The position numbers were made by a program, and so were the translations under genes. A stretch of 63,287 bases of DNA, the filler included, from Octopus bimaculoides (Eukaryota), in assembly GCF_001194135.2 (NCBI RefSeq). It is 6 parts of 5 records of this genome, joined end to end, with 100 filler letters (N's around TTAATTAATTAA, not from the genome) between each part and the next. Parts side by side here need not be neighbours in the genome. Positions count along the whole stretch, not along the records: positions 38,397 to 48,769 come from NC_068989.1; positions 48,870 to 51,082 come from NW_026330851.1; positions 51,183 to 63,287 come from NC_068989.1; 3 more parts are not named here. One strand, written 5' to 3'. Positions 47,365 through 60,165 of this stretch are shown here, in pieces. Each line of letters starts with the position of its first letter. Within the stretch, counting starts at the first letter, position 1. Below the pieces are notes generated by a model. That model did no database searches, was not told the DNA's origin, and was given only the letters and a program-made list of their open reading frames with translations.

Positions 47365-48267
47365 GACACACACACTCGCTTGATACTTATAACAGGGGAG
47401 TTGACTCAAGCAACATTGAACAACTAAACAAAAGACTGTTCCTAGAATCGAACGAACAAAATTATGCTTATGTAATAAACAGTTTACTACGGCAACATGA
47501 CATCACGATCTCATGGCCTGGAGTTAAATGACTGATGCAAAACACGACTTTTGCTTAAGTAATACGGCTTGTTTCTTGAGATTCTACACAACAACAGTAC
47601 TGATATTATTTTTGTTGAAATATTACATTTTTCATGTGTTTTGCGTTTGCGAATTTGATGTACGATCTTTGTTCAATATTTCATTCGCTGTGATTATATA
47701 TTGCTTTTTAGCAATTGGTAGTTGTTTGCTTTGAGAGTTGATGATATTTACTCCTCTCTCTTTTTTTGTGATAAACAAACATAAAGATATTCACTGTCTT
47801 TATAAAGATTAACCCGAAATGTACACTTAAAACTAAATAGAATTGTCGTATTCATAATTATTAACCCATCAGACATCTATTTTGAAAATATCAATAAGTA
47901 GATGAAAGGCAACAGTTATCTACATAAAATAATCTGACTGATCAAAGCGTTTGTGAAGTGGACTAGATCAAAGATGACGAGACAAAAACAGATCGAAATC
48001 ACTATATTATAGTTATAAAGAACCGATTCCCTCCTCCCTATAGGAGATTAACTTTGAATTTATTTCACAAATATGTTTCATAAAACATAATGAAACAGGA
48101 GATATTATGTTTTAACTACATTGTTAAATAACAATTTGGAGAAGGTATTAACTCTACATAATTCAAGGGAAAGTTGTTCCATAATTTAACAACCTACTTA
48201 TTTTAACACATCATGCACACGCACACACACACACACATGCGTGCGCACACGTTCACACACATAGGTA

Positions 48268-48612
48268 TATACATCGACCCCAGTGCTCAACTCGTACTTA
48301 TTTTATCGGCCTCGAAACGATGAATAGCAAACTCAACTCAGTACGTACAGACGGGCGAAATGCCGCTCAGCAAATTGTCTGGTTTGCTAAATATTCTGTC
48401 AGCTCGTTGTCTTAATGAAGTGCAACATATTAGTTTCAAAATTTTCCTGAGGGCAGTAAGTTCGGTATGAGATAAGTCGGTTAGATCGACTTCAGTATTC
48501 AACAAAAACTTACTTCATCGATCCCGAAAAGCAAAGTCGACCTCGACAGAATTTCAAATCAGAGTGTAAAGACACATATGCCACTGAGCATCTATCCTGG
48601 TAGGCTAACATG
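48268..48612 (-). mobile_element. Two tandem degenerate SINE family B copies
   Basis: ATCGACCCCAGT...GTACTTATTTTATCG and AAAGTCGACCTCG segments. Confidence 0.65.
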
Positions 48613-48769
48613 CCACCGTAGTTCATAGAATCGTGCGGATATCACAAAAGTCCCCTAACGGACTCGACTAACAATACTGTAGGGATATTAATAAACATAT
48701 ACCTTGAAGTGCATACATACACACGCACAAATATATACAAATAAGTATGTATGAATATATATATATATA

Positions 48770-48869
48770 NNNNNNNNNNNNNNNNNNNNNNNNNNNNNNN
48801 NNNNNNNNNNNNNTTAATTAATTAANNNNNNNNNNNNNNNNNNNNNNNNNNNNNNNNNNNNNNNNNNNN
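48770..48869. other. Artificial scaffold-joining spacer
   Basis: 44N-TTAATTAATTAA-44N. Confidence 0.95.
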
Positions 48870-49895
48870 TATATATATACGTACGTGTATACACACATAA
48901 ACGAAATGGTAAGATCCGCATACTTCATTTAGCCACTTAGAGATATCCCATTTCTCCCTATTTCTTTCTTTTTCTTTTTCTTTTTTTTCTTTTTGCCCTA
49001 CGGGGCGGATTGTCTGTTTAAAGTGATAGAAGGTAAAGGGGAGAAAATGAAGAAATAGATGAAGAAGTAAATGAAGAAGAAGAACATGAAGGAGGAGGAG
49101 GAGGAGGTGTAGAGGAAGAGGAAGAAGAAGAAGAAGAAGCAGCGGAAGAAAATGAATTAAAGGAAGTAAAACAAGAACAACAGCTACAAGAAGAGGAAGA
49201 AGTAGGGTTCTCTATATTTATAAGTTGTTCGTGTCATCGTAAAAGTTGAACGTCAGTGTATAAATCTTGTTTGTGTGGTTGGTTCGTTAATTAATTTTGT
49301 TATTTAGCACACTTCAAATAGACTGGCAAGAAGGCTTAACAAATGCCTCCTTTTCAAAAAGTGCTTCTCAACTGAATGCGCGAAATTTTAGCCATGCCAA
49401 CTTTTCATCTGGAATTAGCGATTTTGTAGGTTATCCTTCAACGCCAATGAATGAATCTCGTTCGTTGGATGGATAAAGAAATTGGTGTCGTCAAGAGAAG
49501 AGAAGACAAGACAAGAGATGCTAATAGAAAAAGAGAAAGAGAGACAGAGAGAGATAAAGAAAATAGGTACTTATATAGACAGAAGACAGTAGATGAGAGA
49601 ATGAGATAGACGAGAGGAAAAGGTGAGGAGGTGAGAGAAAGGAGGTGGAGATGAGACGAGACGTGAGATTTATAGGTAGAGGAAAATATAGAAAACAGAG
49701 ATAAATAACTTGACTGATAGACAAACGGATAGAGGCAAAAGTAGAGGCATGGATTGAAAGATGGTTAGATTGAGGGTTACATCGATAAATAGAGAAATAG
49801 ACAGAGACAGACAGATGGGTAGATCGTTAGACAGGCAGATAGAAAGAAAGAGAGCCAGATAGATAGATAGATAGATAATCACATATACATGTATG

Positions 49896-49930
<35 letters not shown>

Positions 49931-50279
49931 NNNNNNNNNNNNNNNNNNNNNNNNNNNNNNNNNNNNNNNNNNNNNNNNNNNNNNNNNNNNNNNNNNNNNN
50001 NNNNNNNNNNNNNNNNNNNNNNNNNNNNNNNNNNNNNNNNNNNNNNNNNNNNNNNNNNNNNNNNNNNNNNNNNNNNNNNNNNNNNNNNNNNNNNNNNNNN
50101 NNNNNNNNNNNNNNNNNNNNNNNNNNNNNNNNNNNNNNNNNNNNNNNNNNNNNNNNNNNNNNNNNNNNNNNNNNNNNNNNNNNNNNNNNNNNNNNNNNNN
50201 NNNNNNNNNNNNNNNNNNNNNNNNNNNNNNNNNNNNNNNNNNNNNNNNNNNNNNNNNNNNAAAGATAATATGGAGATGT

Positions 50280-50384
50280 AGAAGCAGAAGAAGAAGCAGA
50301 AGAAGAAGCAGAAGAAGAAGAAAAAAAAAGAAGAAGAAGAAGAAGAAGAAGAAGAAGAAGAAGAAGAAGAAGAAGAAGAAGAAG

Positions 50385-50413
<29 letters not shown>
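50280..50413. repeat. (GAA)n microsatellite
   Basis: Direct reading. Confidence 0.92.
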
Positions 50414-50415
<2 letters not shown>

Positions 50416-50506
50416 GAAAGATAGAAGAAGAGGTGGATCGGAAAGTGAGTCAGAATTGAAAGATGGTAGATAATAGATAGACGGATGATTAGTCTTCCAA
50501 TCAAGC

Positions 50507-50552
<46 letters not shown>

Positions 50553-50638
50553 NNNNNNNNNNNNNNNNNNNNNNNNNNNNNNNNNNNNNNNNNNNNNNNN
50601 NNNNNNNNNNNNNNNNNNNNNNNNNNNNNNNNNNNNNN

Positions 50639-50677
<39 letters not shown>

Positions 50678-51036
50678 ATTTATCTATCTTTCTCTCTCAT
50701 TTATTGCATAGTTTATATTTATCACTTATCGTCTCTCCGCATTTCTCTCGCACACATTTTCTCTCTCCGACTTCATCTCTCTCTCTCTCTCTCTCTCTCT
50801 CACACTACCTCTCTCTCCCTCTCTCTCTCTCTCTTTCTCGTTCTCGACAGCTTCGTCTGTCCACGTCTATTCGTGGTTTCGTCCGTTCAATCTAACGAGA
50901 CTTAGCAACTTCAAATTGCATACTTACAATAACGGTCACAGCGAAAAGTGTAAAATGTGACCAGTAATTATTCTGGCCAGATTAGCAGAGACACCTACCG
51001 GATACTCAACCACACCCACCATACCACACATCTTTC

Positions 51037-51082
<46 letters not shown>

Positions 51083-51182
51083 NNNNNNNNNNNNNNNNNN
51101 NNNNNNNNNNNNNNNNNNNNNNNNNNTTAATTAATTAANNNNNNNNNNNNNNNNNNNNNNNNNNNNNNNNNNNNNNNNNNNN
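51083..51182. other. Artificial scaffold-joining spacer
   Basis: 44N-TTAATTAATTAA-44N. Confidence 0.95.
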
Positions 51183-51259
51183 CGTCGTCGTCGTCGTCGT
51201 CATCGTCATCACAACCATCACCACCAACAACATCATCGTCATCATCATCATCATCGTCG

Positions 51260-51294
<35 letters not shown>

Positions 51295-51381
51295 GTCATC
51301 GTCATCGTTGTCATCATCACCATCATTATCATCGTCATCATCATCACGTTTTCAAAAACATCATCAGCATCAGCATCATCG

Positions 51382-51423
<42 letters not shown>

Positions 51424-51939
51424 CCATCGTCATCATCATCGTCATCATCATCATCACCTTTTTCCAAAAATCACGCGAGGTCCTACCACGCACCAGTGTT
51501 TCTCACATTTAGAGCGCTGCCCTTTTCTAGATGCGTTGCAATTAATGTTTGCAATTAATGTTTGCATACTTCATCAGTTTTGCTTATGCTGTTAGGGGAA
51601 CGGCTTTTGTTGTTTCAAGTGTTATTTTAATATTTCGCGTGTTTGTTGTTTCGTAAAATATGTGCAAATATCATGTGAATAATTTTGTTTTGTGCTGATT
51701 GTATTTCGTACGTGTTGTGTGTTTCGGTGTCAGGTGACGCTGGTATCGTTCTAGTATGCTGTTATTGTGGGTTGCATCGTCTGTGTAATAATTTTGTTTG
51801 GCCGTTGTATAGAACAGTAATCGCGAGATGGAGGTGTGTGTGTGTGTGTATGCACGTGTAACTGTGATGGACGTCCTTTTTGTGTAAAAAAAAAAAACGC
51901 GGGGTGCATGGCCAACATTGAAATGGTGGTGTACAGACC

Positions 51940-52283
51940 TATCATCATCATCATCATCAGCAGCAGCAGCAGCATCAACATCGGCATCATCATCATCATC
52001 ATCATCATCATCATTATTATCATCATCATCATCATCGTTGTCATCGACGTCGTCATGGTCGTCGCCGTCGTTGTCATCATAATTGTCATTGTCATCGGCG
52101 TCGTCATCATCATCATCATCGTCATCATCATCATCATCATCATTATCATCCTCATCATTATCATCCTCATCGTCATCGTCGCTATCGTCGTCGTCATCGT
52201 CGTCATCGTCATCATCGTCATCATTGTTGTCGCAGTTTTCATCATTGTCATCGTCATAGTCATCATGATGATCATCATCATCA

Positions 52284-52316
<33 letters not shown>

Positions 52317-52470
52317 TCATCATTGTTGTCGTCGTCTTCCTTATCGTCATCGTCATCATGATGATGATCATCGTCGTCGTCGTCGTCTTCCTCGTCATCG
52401 TCATCATCTTCATCGTCTTTGTCTTCGTCGTTGTCGTCGTCGTTGTTGTTATCAACGTCATCGAATTCGT
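51940..52470. repeat. Cryptic (ATC/GTC)n trinucleotide tract; a similar tract at 51183-51455
   Basis: Direct reading. Confidence 0.9.
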
Positions 52471-52859
52471 TGTTACATTTTTATAAAGGTAATCACCATC
52501 GTCAACGTCATACAATTTGGATGGACATTGAGAGTAGAGAGAGAGATGGTGCATTCGCATTCAATTTGAAGATAAATAAATAAATAAATAAGTAAGAGTA
52601 TATTGTATCTTTTCTCTTTTTCTTTTACTTGTCTCAGGCATTGTAGGCGCCGTTGTAATTGTTTTCTTAGTCTGGCACTAATATTATGCGTCCATTTTGC
52701 CGACTCATTAAATTGCGGGGACGTAAACAAGCAGACACCAGTTCTCCAGCGGAGTATGTGAGGACAAGCACGTACATACATGCATACATAGAAACCCAAG
52801 AATATTAAATTAGACTAAGAAACCCAAGAATATTATGCCAGACTAACAAAAGTATGGTA

Positions 52860-54095
52860 GTCTGAAATCTCGTCTTACAACAAGACAATATCCCACAACG
52901 CATTTGCAGGACCAGTGCTGATTCCAACATTTGGGAGACTTGACTGATCTGTAGAAGAAACCCAACAAAATTCTAACAATTAGAAATCTCCACAAAAATC
53001 GTGATATCGACAGGCTCTACCTATGAAGCGATAAAGGAGGTAAGGGCTTGAGATCAGCGCAAACAGCCTTTGAATGTCCCATAGTCTCTCTCAGAGAGCA
53101 CGTGCTAAACAACAGCAGAAAAACTAAAGTATTAACTTAGTGTTTAAAAGTGAAGAAAACAACGTCCTACGTTTGGAATTGATTTCCTCGGGAAGTACTC
53201 TCATGCTAATCACCTATCATATAACCCCAAATCAGCCGGACTGGCATATCCCAAAGAGGACCTGGAGTTGAAACGCATAGCATACCAAAAACAAAAAACA
53301 AAAAAAGAAAAGAAAAATACTATGCATTGGTGTGTTGCTCGTAGACTTGAAGAAGATACTAACATTGACATGAAGCGAAGCCTGTCTTGGACTCGTGACT
53401 GCTACATCACATTGCACTTTGATGGCTATGCATTTGCAATCCATGAACAGGAGATTGTTGTTAAATACCTAATCAACAAAAGAGACAGTTTTGGAGTTCC
53501 AACATGCAACCGTAAATGGAGATTATTGTCATATTTCTCTGGAAGATATCACACGTGATTACCAGCTTCCCCAAAATATCATCCAAATACTACCTCCTAA
53601 TGTGACATGACATTGTCGCAAAAACAATATACAATGCCATTCGTAAAAAAAGACTGTCCTGGAATAAATATAGGGAACCCCGCTGTTATTGAATACGTAC
53701 ACAAATATCAACACAAAGAATAATGGTGGAACATTCCCATCAAAACATGTCAAGTGTAAGCACTACAGGCCGAATATTGTTGTTTGGGAAAGACAAGTAA
53801 AAGTACGTACCGTCACAGGGGTCAGTTGTCCTGCTGATGTGAATATGTCTTTGAAAATCAAAAAAGAAAGAAGATAACTATAGGCAACTGCTTCGAAATC
53901 TCCAGCTTATATATCCGAATTACAAGTTTACATTTATACAAATAATAATAGGAGCACTTGGTTTTGTAAATACCTAACTGTCAGTCTGGATAAGCTTGGA
54001 TTTTAACAAACGAAAATCAACCAATTGATTCGCAAATTGCAACTATAATCTGTAAGTTGACCAGCAAAACTATGCCTGATCTCTCTCAGATTTAA
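52860..54095 (+). mobile_element. Decayed RLE-type retrotransposon, family 3 (RT thumb to endonuclease)
   Basis: DIDRLYL*SDKGGKGL, GYAFAIHEQEI, WWNIPIKT, HYRPNIVVW..VSCPADVN and IIIGALGFV remnants, in the expected order. Confidence 0.7.
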
Positions 54096-54857
54096 AACGT
54101 GACATTGTTTTCGTTATCTACATTCCAAAGATGGAGCTTTGTATCCTTGTTAGAAACCAGGCCCCTCTTCGGAGGAAGAATTAAAAAAATTAAAAACAGA
54201 GGGACATACATACATACATGCATACATACATACATGCATACATACATACATGCATACATACATACATAGCCTGATTATGAATTCTCATTTGAACTTTATC
54301 ATCATAGATGCATTAAATAATTCACCGACGAATTTGCTCAAAATCCCCAGAATACTCGCTTTGGCGGAAAAAGAGAAATAGAAACTAACACGATTCTCCA
54401 AATCCAGTGTATTAGTGGTACAGTAGAAATTTGTAAAGCATTGCAAAGGTTCTCCATCTGAAATTCTTATGTAAATTCATGAATACACTTGGTATATGCG
54501 AGAACAATTAAAGGAACACTCCAGCTTAACCACATATCTGTAAACAGTGGGAACTATCTTTCTTAGCTTCCGACTTCAACTCTCTCAAGTAGATATTAAT
54601 AAAACTCAAAGAAAAATAATACATACATACAAACACGCACACACACACACACACACACATATTCACATGTATAATATATATACATACACATTCGCACACG
54701 CTCGCTCGCACGCTCACTCCTACGCATGCGCACACACGCACACACACACATATAAATGTGTATGTATATTCGTCATCCTCTCATATTTATGATCATCATG
54801 ATTACCATTGTTAATGTATATGTATAGATGTTATATATATCGTTTTAACAGTGGAAC

Positions 54858-56031
54858 GCGGTCATCCCATAAATAATGCGGATTTTTATAATTCTTTTAT
54901 TTTTCAAAATTAAGATAAACAAGGTTCTTTTTTAATCTAAAATATACTCTCCATAATTTTCTAAATGATCTTCCAGCTATCAGGTAGACTTCTAAAATTC
55001 ACTTGTTCGTGACGAAAAATACTCCTTCAGTACTGATCTGACCTCGTCTACAGAATTCATATTTTTTCCGTCCAAATGATTTTGAATGATGGGGAATAAA
55101 TGATAATCAGATGGAGCAATGTCCAGCGAATATAGGAATGGGGGACATTGCTTCCCATTCAAACTGCCCCGGCCTTTGGAATGTCAATCTCGCTGTATGT
55201 GGCCGAGCATTATCCTTACGGAAGTATACCTTTCGTCTTGAAACCAAAGCTGGTCGTTTTTCTTGTAGCGTTAAGCCGCTCAAGCTGCTCACACTAGATG
55301 ACCCTTGTTATAGTTTAGTTTGGGTTTAAAAGTTCAAAATTGACTAAACCTTTCATATCCCATCAAACAGATAACAACACTTTACGTAGGTGAAAACTTT
55401 CTTTAGCCTGAGATGCCGATGTTTCTCCCTTCCCTACCCACTATCTTCGGCGCTTGACAACAGTCACTATTCGGTCCAAAAAAAGGTTTATTCGCGAAGA
55501 AGAGCACACATTCACACTCTATGCGTGATTAGACTCGAAAAATTTGTGATGAACCCATTGACTCAATTTGCTGACTTTTCCGATGTTCACGCAGGTGTCG
55601 ATGAATAGTTGAATGATCAAATCCAAGCTTCTCTGCTAGTTCACCAACAGTTACGATGGGATTTTGTTCAAGCTCTACAGATCTTTCAGGACTTGGCTCG
55701 TCATCCAGGCTGTAGTTTCCGGCTCGAATGTATGGAACCACCGTTGACACTAGTTTACGCTTATTGTCCCCGCTCTCCGTTGCGTCGTTCCCTTTGTTGA
55801 GCGCATAAAGTAAAATATGCCGAATATGTTCATTTGTCATTTCCATTATAGCTTTGAAAAAGATAACCATTAAAATCGAACTGTACTCTTGAAAACTTGA
55901 ACTAAGAATAAGGAAAAGAGAAAATTACTACCTGATTTATAGCAAGTTGATGCAGGAAGTTTATCCCGTCTCCTTCCGATCTTTAGTTCATGCTATTGAA
56001 ACAAAATCGCATTATTTATGAGATGACCCGA
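54858..56031 (-). mobile_element. mariner transposon with TIRs, decayed transposase
   Basis: GGTCATCCCATAAATAATGCGGATTTT versus reverse complement GGTCATCTCATAAATAATGCGATTTT; HTH-like TVGELAEKLGFDHSTIHRHL and KDNARPHTA motifs. Confidence 0.85.
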
Positions 56032-56499
56032 TATATATATCTGTGGTGGAAGCATTCAAAAGGTGTTTATATTTTGCGATAAAATATGATACTTTGCTAA
56101 TGCCAGTAGAACAAAATACCACGAGAACACTGGGGAAGATCTAATCGACTTACCAAGCCCCCCCCCCCAGCTTCCGCCGTAATTGCTGGCCTTGTGCAAA
56201 TCAATGAAACCGATATTAGAGGTAAGTATAATAGTGTTAAGAGAGCAATAAACGAGAATTAATGTACTTAAGTAAAAGCATAATCCTTCAAAGCTTAACG
56301 AAAGCGATAAACAGACATCAGCGACTAAGTGTTATCTGCATTCATCCAAGTCGTTGTGCAAATGTAATGGAGAGAGTTATTAAGTTTTCTATACGGGTAA
56401 TATAGGTCGTTATCAAAGTTTTGGATTACATAATGGAAATGATCTCGGTTAAGCTTCATGTCTACAGTGTCCTCAATGCTAGAGTTATAGTTGGAACTG

Positions 56500-56534
<35 letters not shown>

Positions 56535-56857
56535 CATATGACTGCAGCCATGCTGGAGCACTGCATTAAAGGGATTTTAGTCGTAGAAATCAGCCCAAGG
56601 ATTCATTCTTTGTAAACCTAGCACTTATCCTATGACGCTGTTTTGCCAAACTCCTAATTTACGGAGACGTAAACATACCAACAGCTGTTGTCAAGCACTA
56701 ATGGTGTGCAGTGCAAATAGAGATACAAAGACTCACGCACATAAATATATACTTACACACATATATATATATATATATACACACATGTATATATATACAT
56801 ATCAAATACAAAATGGGACAAGAACGCAAAACATCCAGAGAGTTACGTGATGCAAAC

Positions 56858-57240
56858 AAGGGACAACAATACATCCAGTTAGACGATACGAAGAAAACAA
56901 GGACAAGTCATTCGGAGTTTTCTTTTCTCAGTCGAGTTCCAGATTATCTTTGCAATTTTGGCTGGTTATACTCGAGATTACTCCAATCTGGCCAGCCCCA
57001 AGAACAAATTAAGCTAAGAGCATTAGAGCATTGTTTTCGTATACATTCGCTGCTTTCTGTCAAGGAATCTAATGCTCTTAAGTTAGTTTTTCCTTGGGGC
57101 TGGCCAGATTGGAGCAATCTCGAGTATAACCAGCCGAAATTGCAAAAATAATCTGGAACTCGACTAAAGAAAGAAAACTCCGAATGACCCGTCCTTGTTT
57201 TCTTCGTATCGTCTGTCTGGATGTATTGTTGTACCTTTCT
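56858..57240. repeat. Fold-back with about 170-bp inverted arms and a 40-bp spacer
   Basis: 56858-57027 is the reverse complement of 57068-57240 at roughly 90 percent identity by eye. Confidence 0.9.
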
Positions 57241-57669
57241 TNNNNNNNNNNNNNNNNNNNNNNNNNNNNNNNNNNNNNNNNNNNNNNNNNNNNNNNNNNN
57301 NNNNNNNNNNNNNNNNNNNNNNNNNNNNNNNNNNNNNNNNNNNNNNNNNNNNNNNNNNNNNNNNNNNNNNNNNNNNNNNNNNNNNNNNNNNNNNNNNNNN
57401 NNNNNNNNNNNNNNNNNNNNNNNNNNNNNNNNNNNNNNNNNNNNNNNNNNNNNNNNNNNNNNNNNNNNNNNNNNNNNNNNNNNNNNNNNNNNNNNNNNNN
57501 NNNNNNNNNNNNNNNNNNNNNNNNNNNNNNNNNNNNNNNNNNNNNNNNNNNNNNNNNNNNNNNNNNNNNNNNNNNNNNNNNNNNNNNNNNNNNNNNNNNN
57601 NNNNNNNNNNNNNNNNNNNNNNNNNNNNNNNNGGATGCAAGTATATATATATATATATATATAAATATA

Positions 57670-57727
<58 letters not shown>

Positions 57728-57754
57728 TAGATAGATAGATAGATAGATAGATAT

Positions 57755-57785
<31 letters not shown>

Positions 57786-58016
57786 TTCGAGACAGGTGTT
57801 CTCTGTATAGAATACATTTGGTAGTGCTCAAGAGATATGAACTTGACCGGGTACAGCAGTAAAAATTTAAGAACGAACAGCTAAGGCAAGTCGATATACA
57901 AAAAAAATATTAAATGCACATATGTATTCACATAAAGAAAGTCCGATTGACACAGAATAGAAGGGAAATCAAGAATTAAGGGTGTTTAATGGGAGTTTTG
58001 CGATAACACCATACAC

Positions 58017-58183
58017 AGACGCAGGCGTGGCAGTCTTGTAAGAAGCTTGCTTCTCAACCACATAGTTCCGGGTTCAGTCTCACTGCGTGGTATCTTCGGC
58101 AAGTGTCTTCTACTACAGCCTCGAGCCGACCAAAACCTTGTGAATGGATATGGTAGACGGAAATTCAAAGAATCCCATCGTAC

Positions 58184-58240
<57 letters not shown>

Positions 58241-58451
58241 GTGTCTGTGTTTGTCCCCCCACCATCGCTTGACAATTAATGTTGATATATTTATGTCCCT
58301 GTAACATAGCAGTTCAGTAAAATGAGCAATAGATTAGGCACTAGGCATACAAAGAATATGTCCACGGGTCAATTTCTTCTACAAAAACCCTTTAAGGAGG
58401 TGCTCCAGCATGGCTGCAGTCAAATGACTGAAACATGTAAAAGAATAAAAG
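58017..58451 (+). mobile_element. SINE family A, near full length, with internal (GT)n
   Basis: tRNA-like head, GGTATCTTCGGCAAGTG (CORE-like) segment, tail ACTGAAACATGTAAAAGAATAAAAG. Confidence 0.85.
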
Positions 58452-58597
58452 CACAAAACAATATTTATATATGTACGTGTGTGTGTGTGTTTGCATATCT
58501 ATCTATCTATCAATCTATCTATCTATATGTATGTATACACATGCAAACATACATACATACACACACACAAACACACACACACACGCACACACACACT

Positions 58598-58650
<53 letters not shown>

Positions 58651-58981
58651 GATGTATGTATGTATGTATACGTATATATCTATATATATATATATATATA
58701 TATGTAAACATTTTCTACTGATGTTATCGGAAGCACACACTCAGAAGCGCACGTGCTTGTGCAAAAAGCAAGTTGGGCTGAACTTTTATATGAGGTCGTG
58801 TTTACTGAATTTATTTACTGCTTAAACGATTTCCCAGATATCTTATGTAATATGAAGGAAGGTAATTAACTGTTCTATTCTCTCTCTCTCTCTCTATTTC
58901 TCTTGATACACTCTTCCTCTCCCACTAATTACTTGTTTTTCTCACACCTCCTAACTGACCCAGTTTGACACTGTTCTCTTC

Positions 58982-59029
<48 letters not shown>

Positions 59030-59214
59030 GTTTGCCTGTCTGTATGCCTGCCAGTCTGTCTGTCTGTCTGTCTGTATGTACGTATGTATGTATGTACGTA
59101 TGTATGTATGTATGTATGTATGTATATATGCATGTATGTCTGTTTGCATGAATATGTGTATATGTGTCTATGTATGTATATACGCATCTGTGTATGTCTA
59201 TATCTTATATGTGG

Positions 59215-59470
59215 ACGCGGGTGGCTTAGTAGTTATGGCGTTGGACTCATGATCGTAAGACTGTGGTTTCGATTCCTGGACTGGGCGACATCTTGTGTTC
59301 TTGAACAAAGCGTTTCATTTCCCGTTGCTCCTGTGCACTCAGCTGGTGAGAATGAATTATCTTGCGACGGACCGGCGTCCCGACCAGGTGGGCAATATAT
59401 AAGCCATGGAAACCTGGAAACCGGCAAACTGGCCCCTATGTGTCGGTATGTCCCGAAAAGGTAACTTTAC
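59215..59470 (+). mobile_element. SINE family C; a related copy at about 60880-61030
   Basis: GGTGGCTTAGTAGTTATGGCGTTGGACTC...GTTTCGATTCC head followed by a CTTGA.CAA.GC...TTGCTCC body. Confidence 0.7.
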
Positions 59471-59594
59471 TTAACTTTACCTATATTTGAGGTCTCAGAT
59501 TTTGTTCACTTTCAGCTGGTCTTGTCAGTGTTAATACGCTGTTCTTTGTCTCCCTAGGTCATCGTGTATCGAATTTTGCATTACAACACTATTC

Positions 59595-59809
59595 TTTTCT
59601 ACTCTCGGCACAAGGCACGGAATTTTTGGGAAGTGGGGGCCAGTCGATTAGATCGACCCCCGTACGCAACTGTCACTTAATTTATCGACCCTTGAAGAAT
59701 AAATGGTAAAGTCGACCTCGGCGGAAGTTGAACTCAGAACATAAAGACAGACGAAATACCGCTAAGCATTTCACCCGGCGTGCTAATTTACTGCCAAGCT
59801 CGCTGCTTT
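59595..59809 (-). mobile_element. SINE family B with 15-bp TSD
   Basis: Flanks ATTACAACACTATTC / ATTACAACGCCATTC (13/15). Confidence 0.85.
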
Positions 59810-59964
59810 ATTACAACGCCATTCTGATGCTTTTAGCGTTTCAATCACAACAAAGCGTTTCCTTTTTTTTTTGTTTTTTCACCTTTTTTTTTCTTCACTG
59901 TTCGTAAACACATCGCCAAACCCTACTTTGCCTTTCCTCGTTTCTGGATTAATACACAAATGAA

Positions 59965-60165
59965 TCTCGGAGCAGTGGAAGAAATGTCCTACCGGCATTT
60001 CGTCCATCTTTACGTTCTGAGTTCAAATTTCACCATGGTTGACTTTGCCTTTCATCCTTTCGGGCTCGACGAATTAAGTACCAGTCAAGTACTGGGATCG
60101 ATGCGATCGTCTGTCCCCTTCCCCACAAATTCCAGGCCTTGTGTCTATCGTAGAAATGATTATTA
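59965..60165 (+). mobile_element. SINE family B
   Basis: GTTCTGAGTTCAAATTT...GACTTTGCCTTTCATCCTTTCGGG...AAGTACCAGT. Confidence 0.82.

Noticed and set aside
49030-49205. Glu-rich purine tract
   Set aside because: Degenerate (GAA/GAG)n repeat with no exon boundaries.
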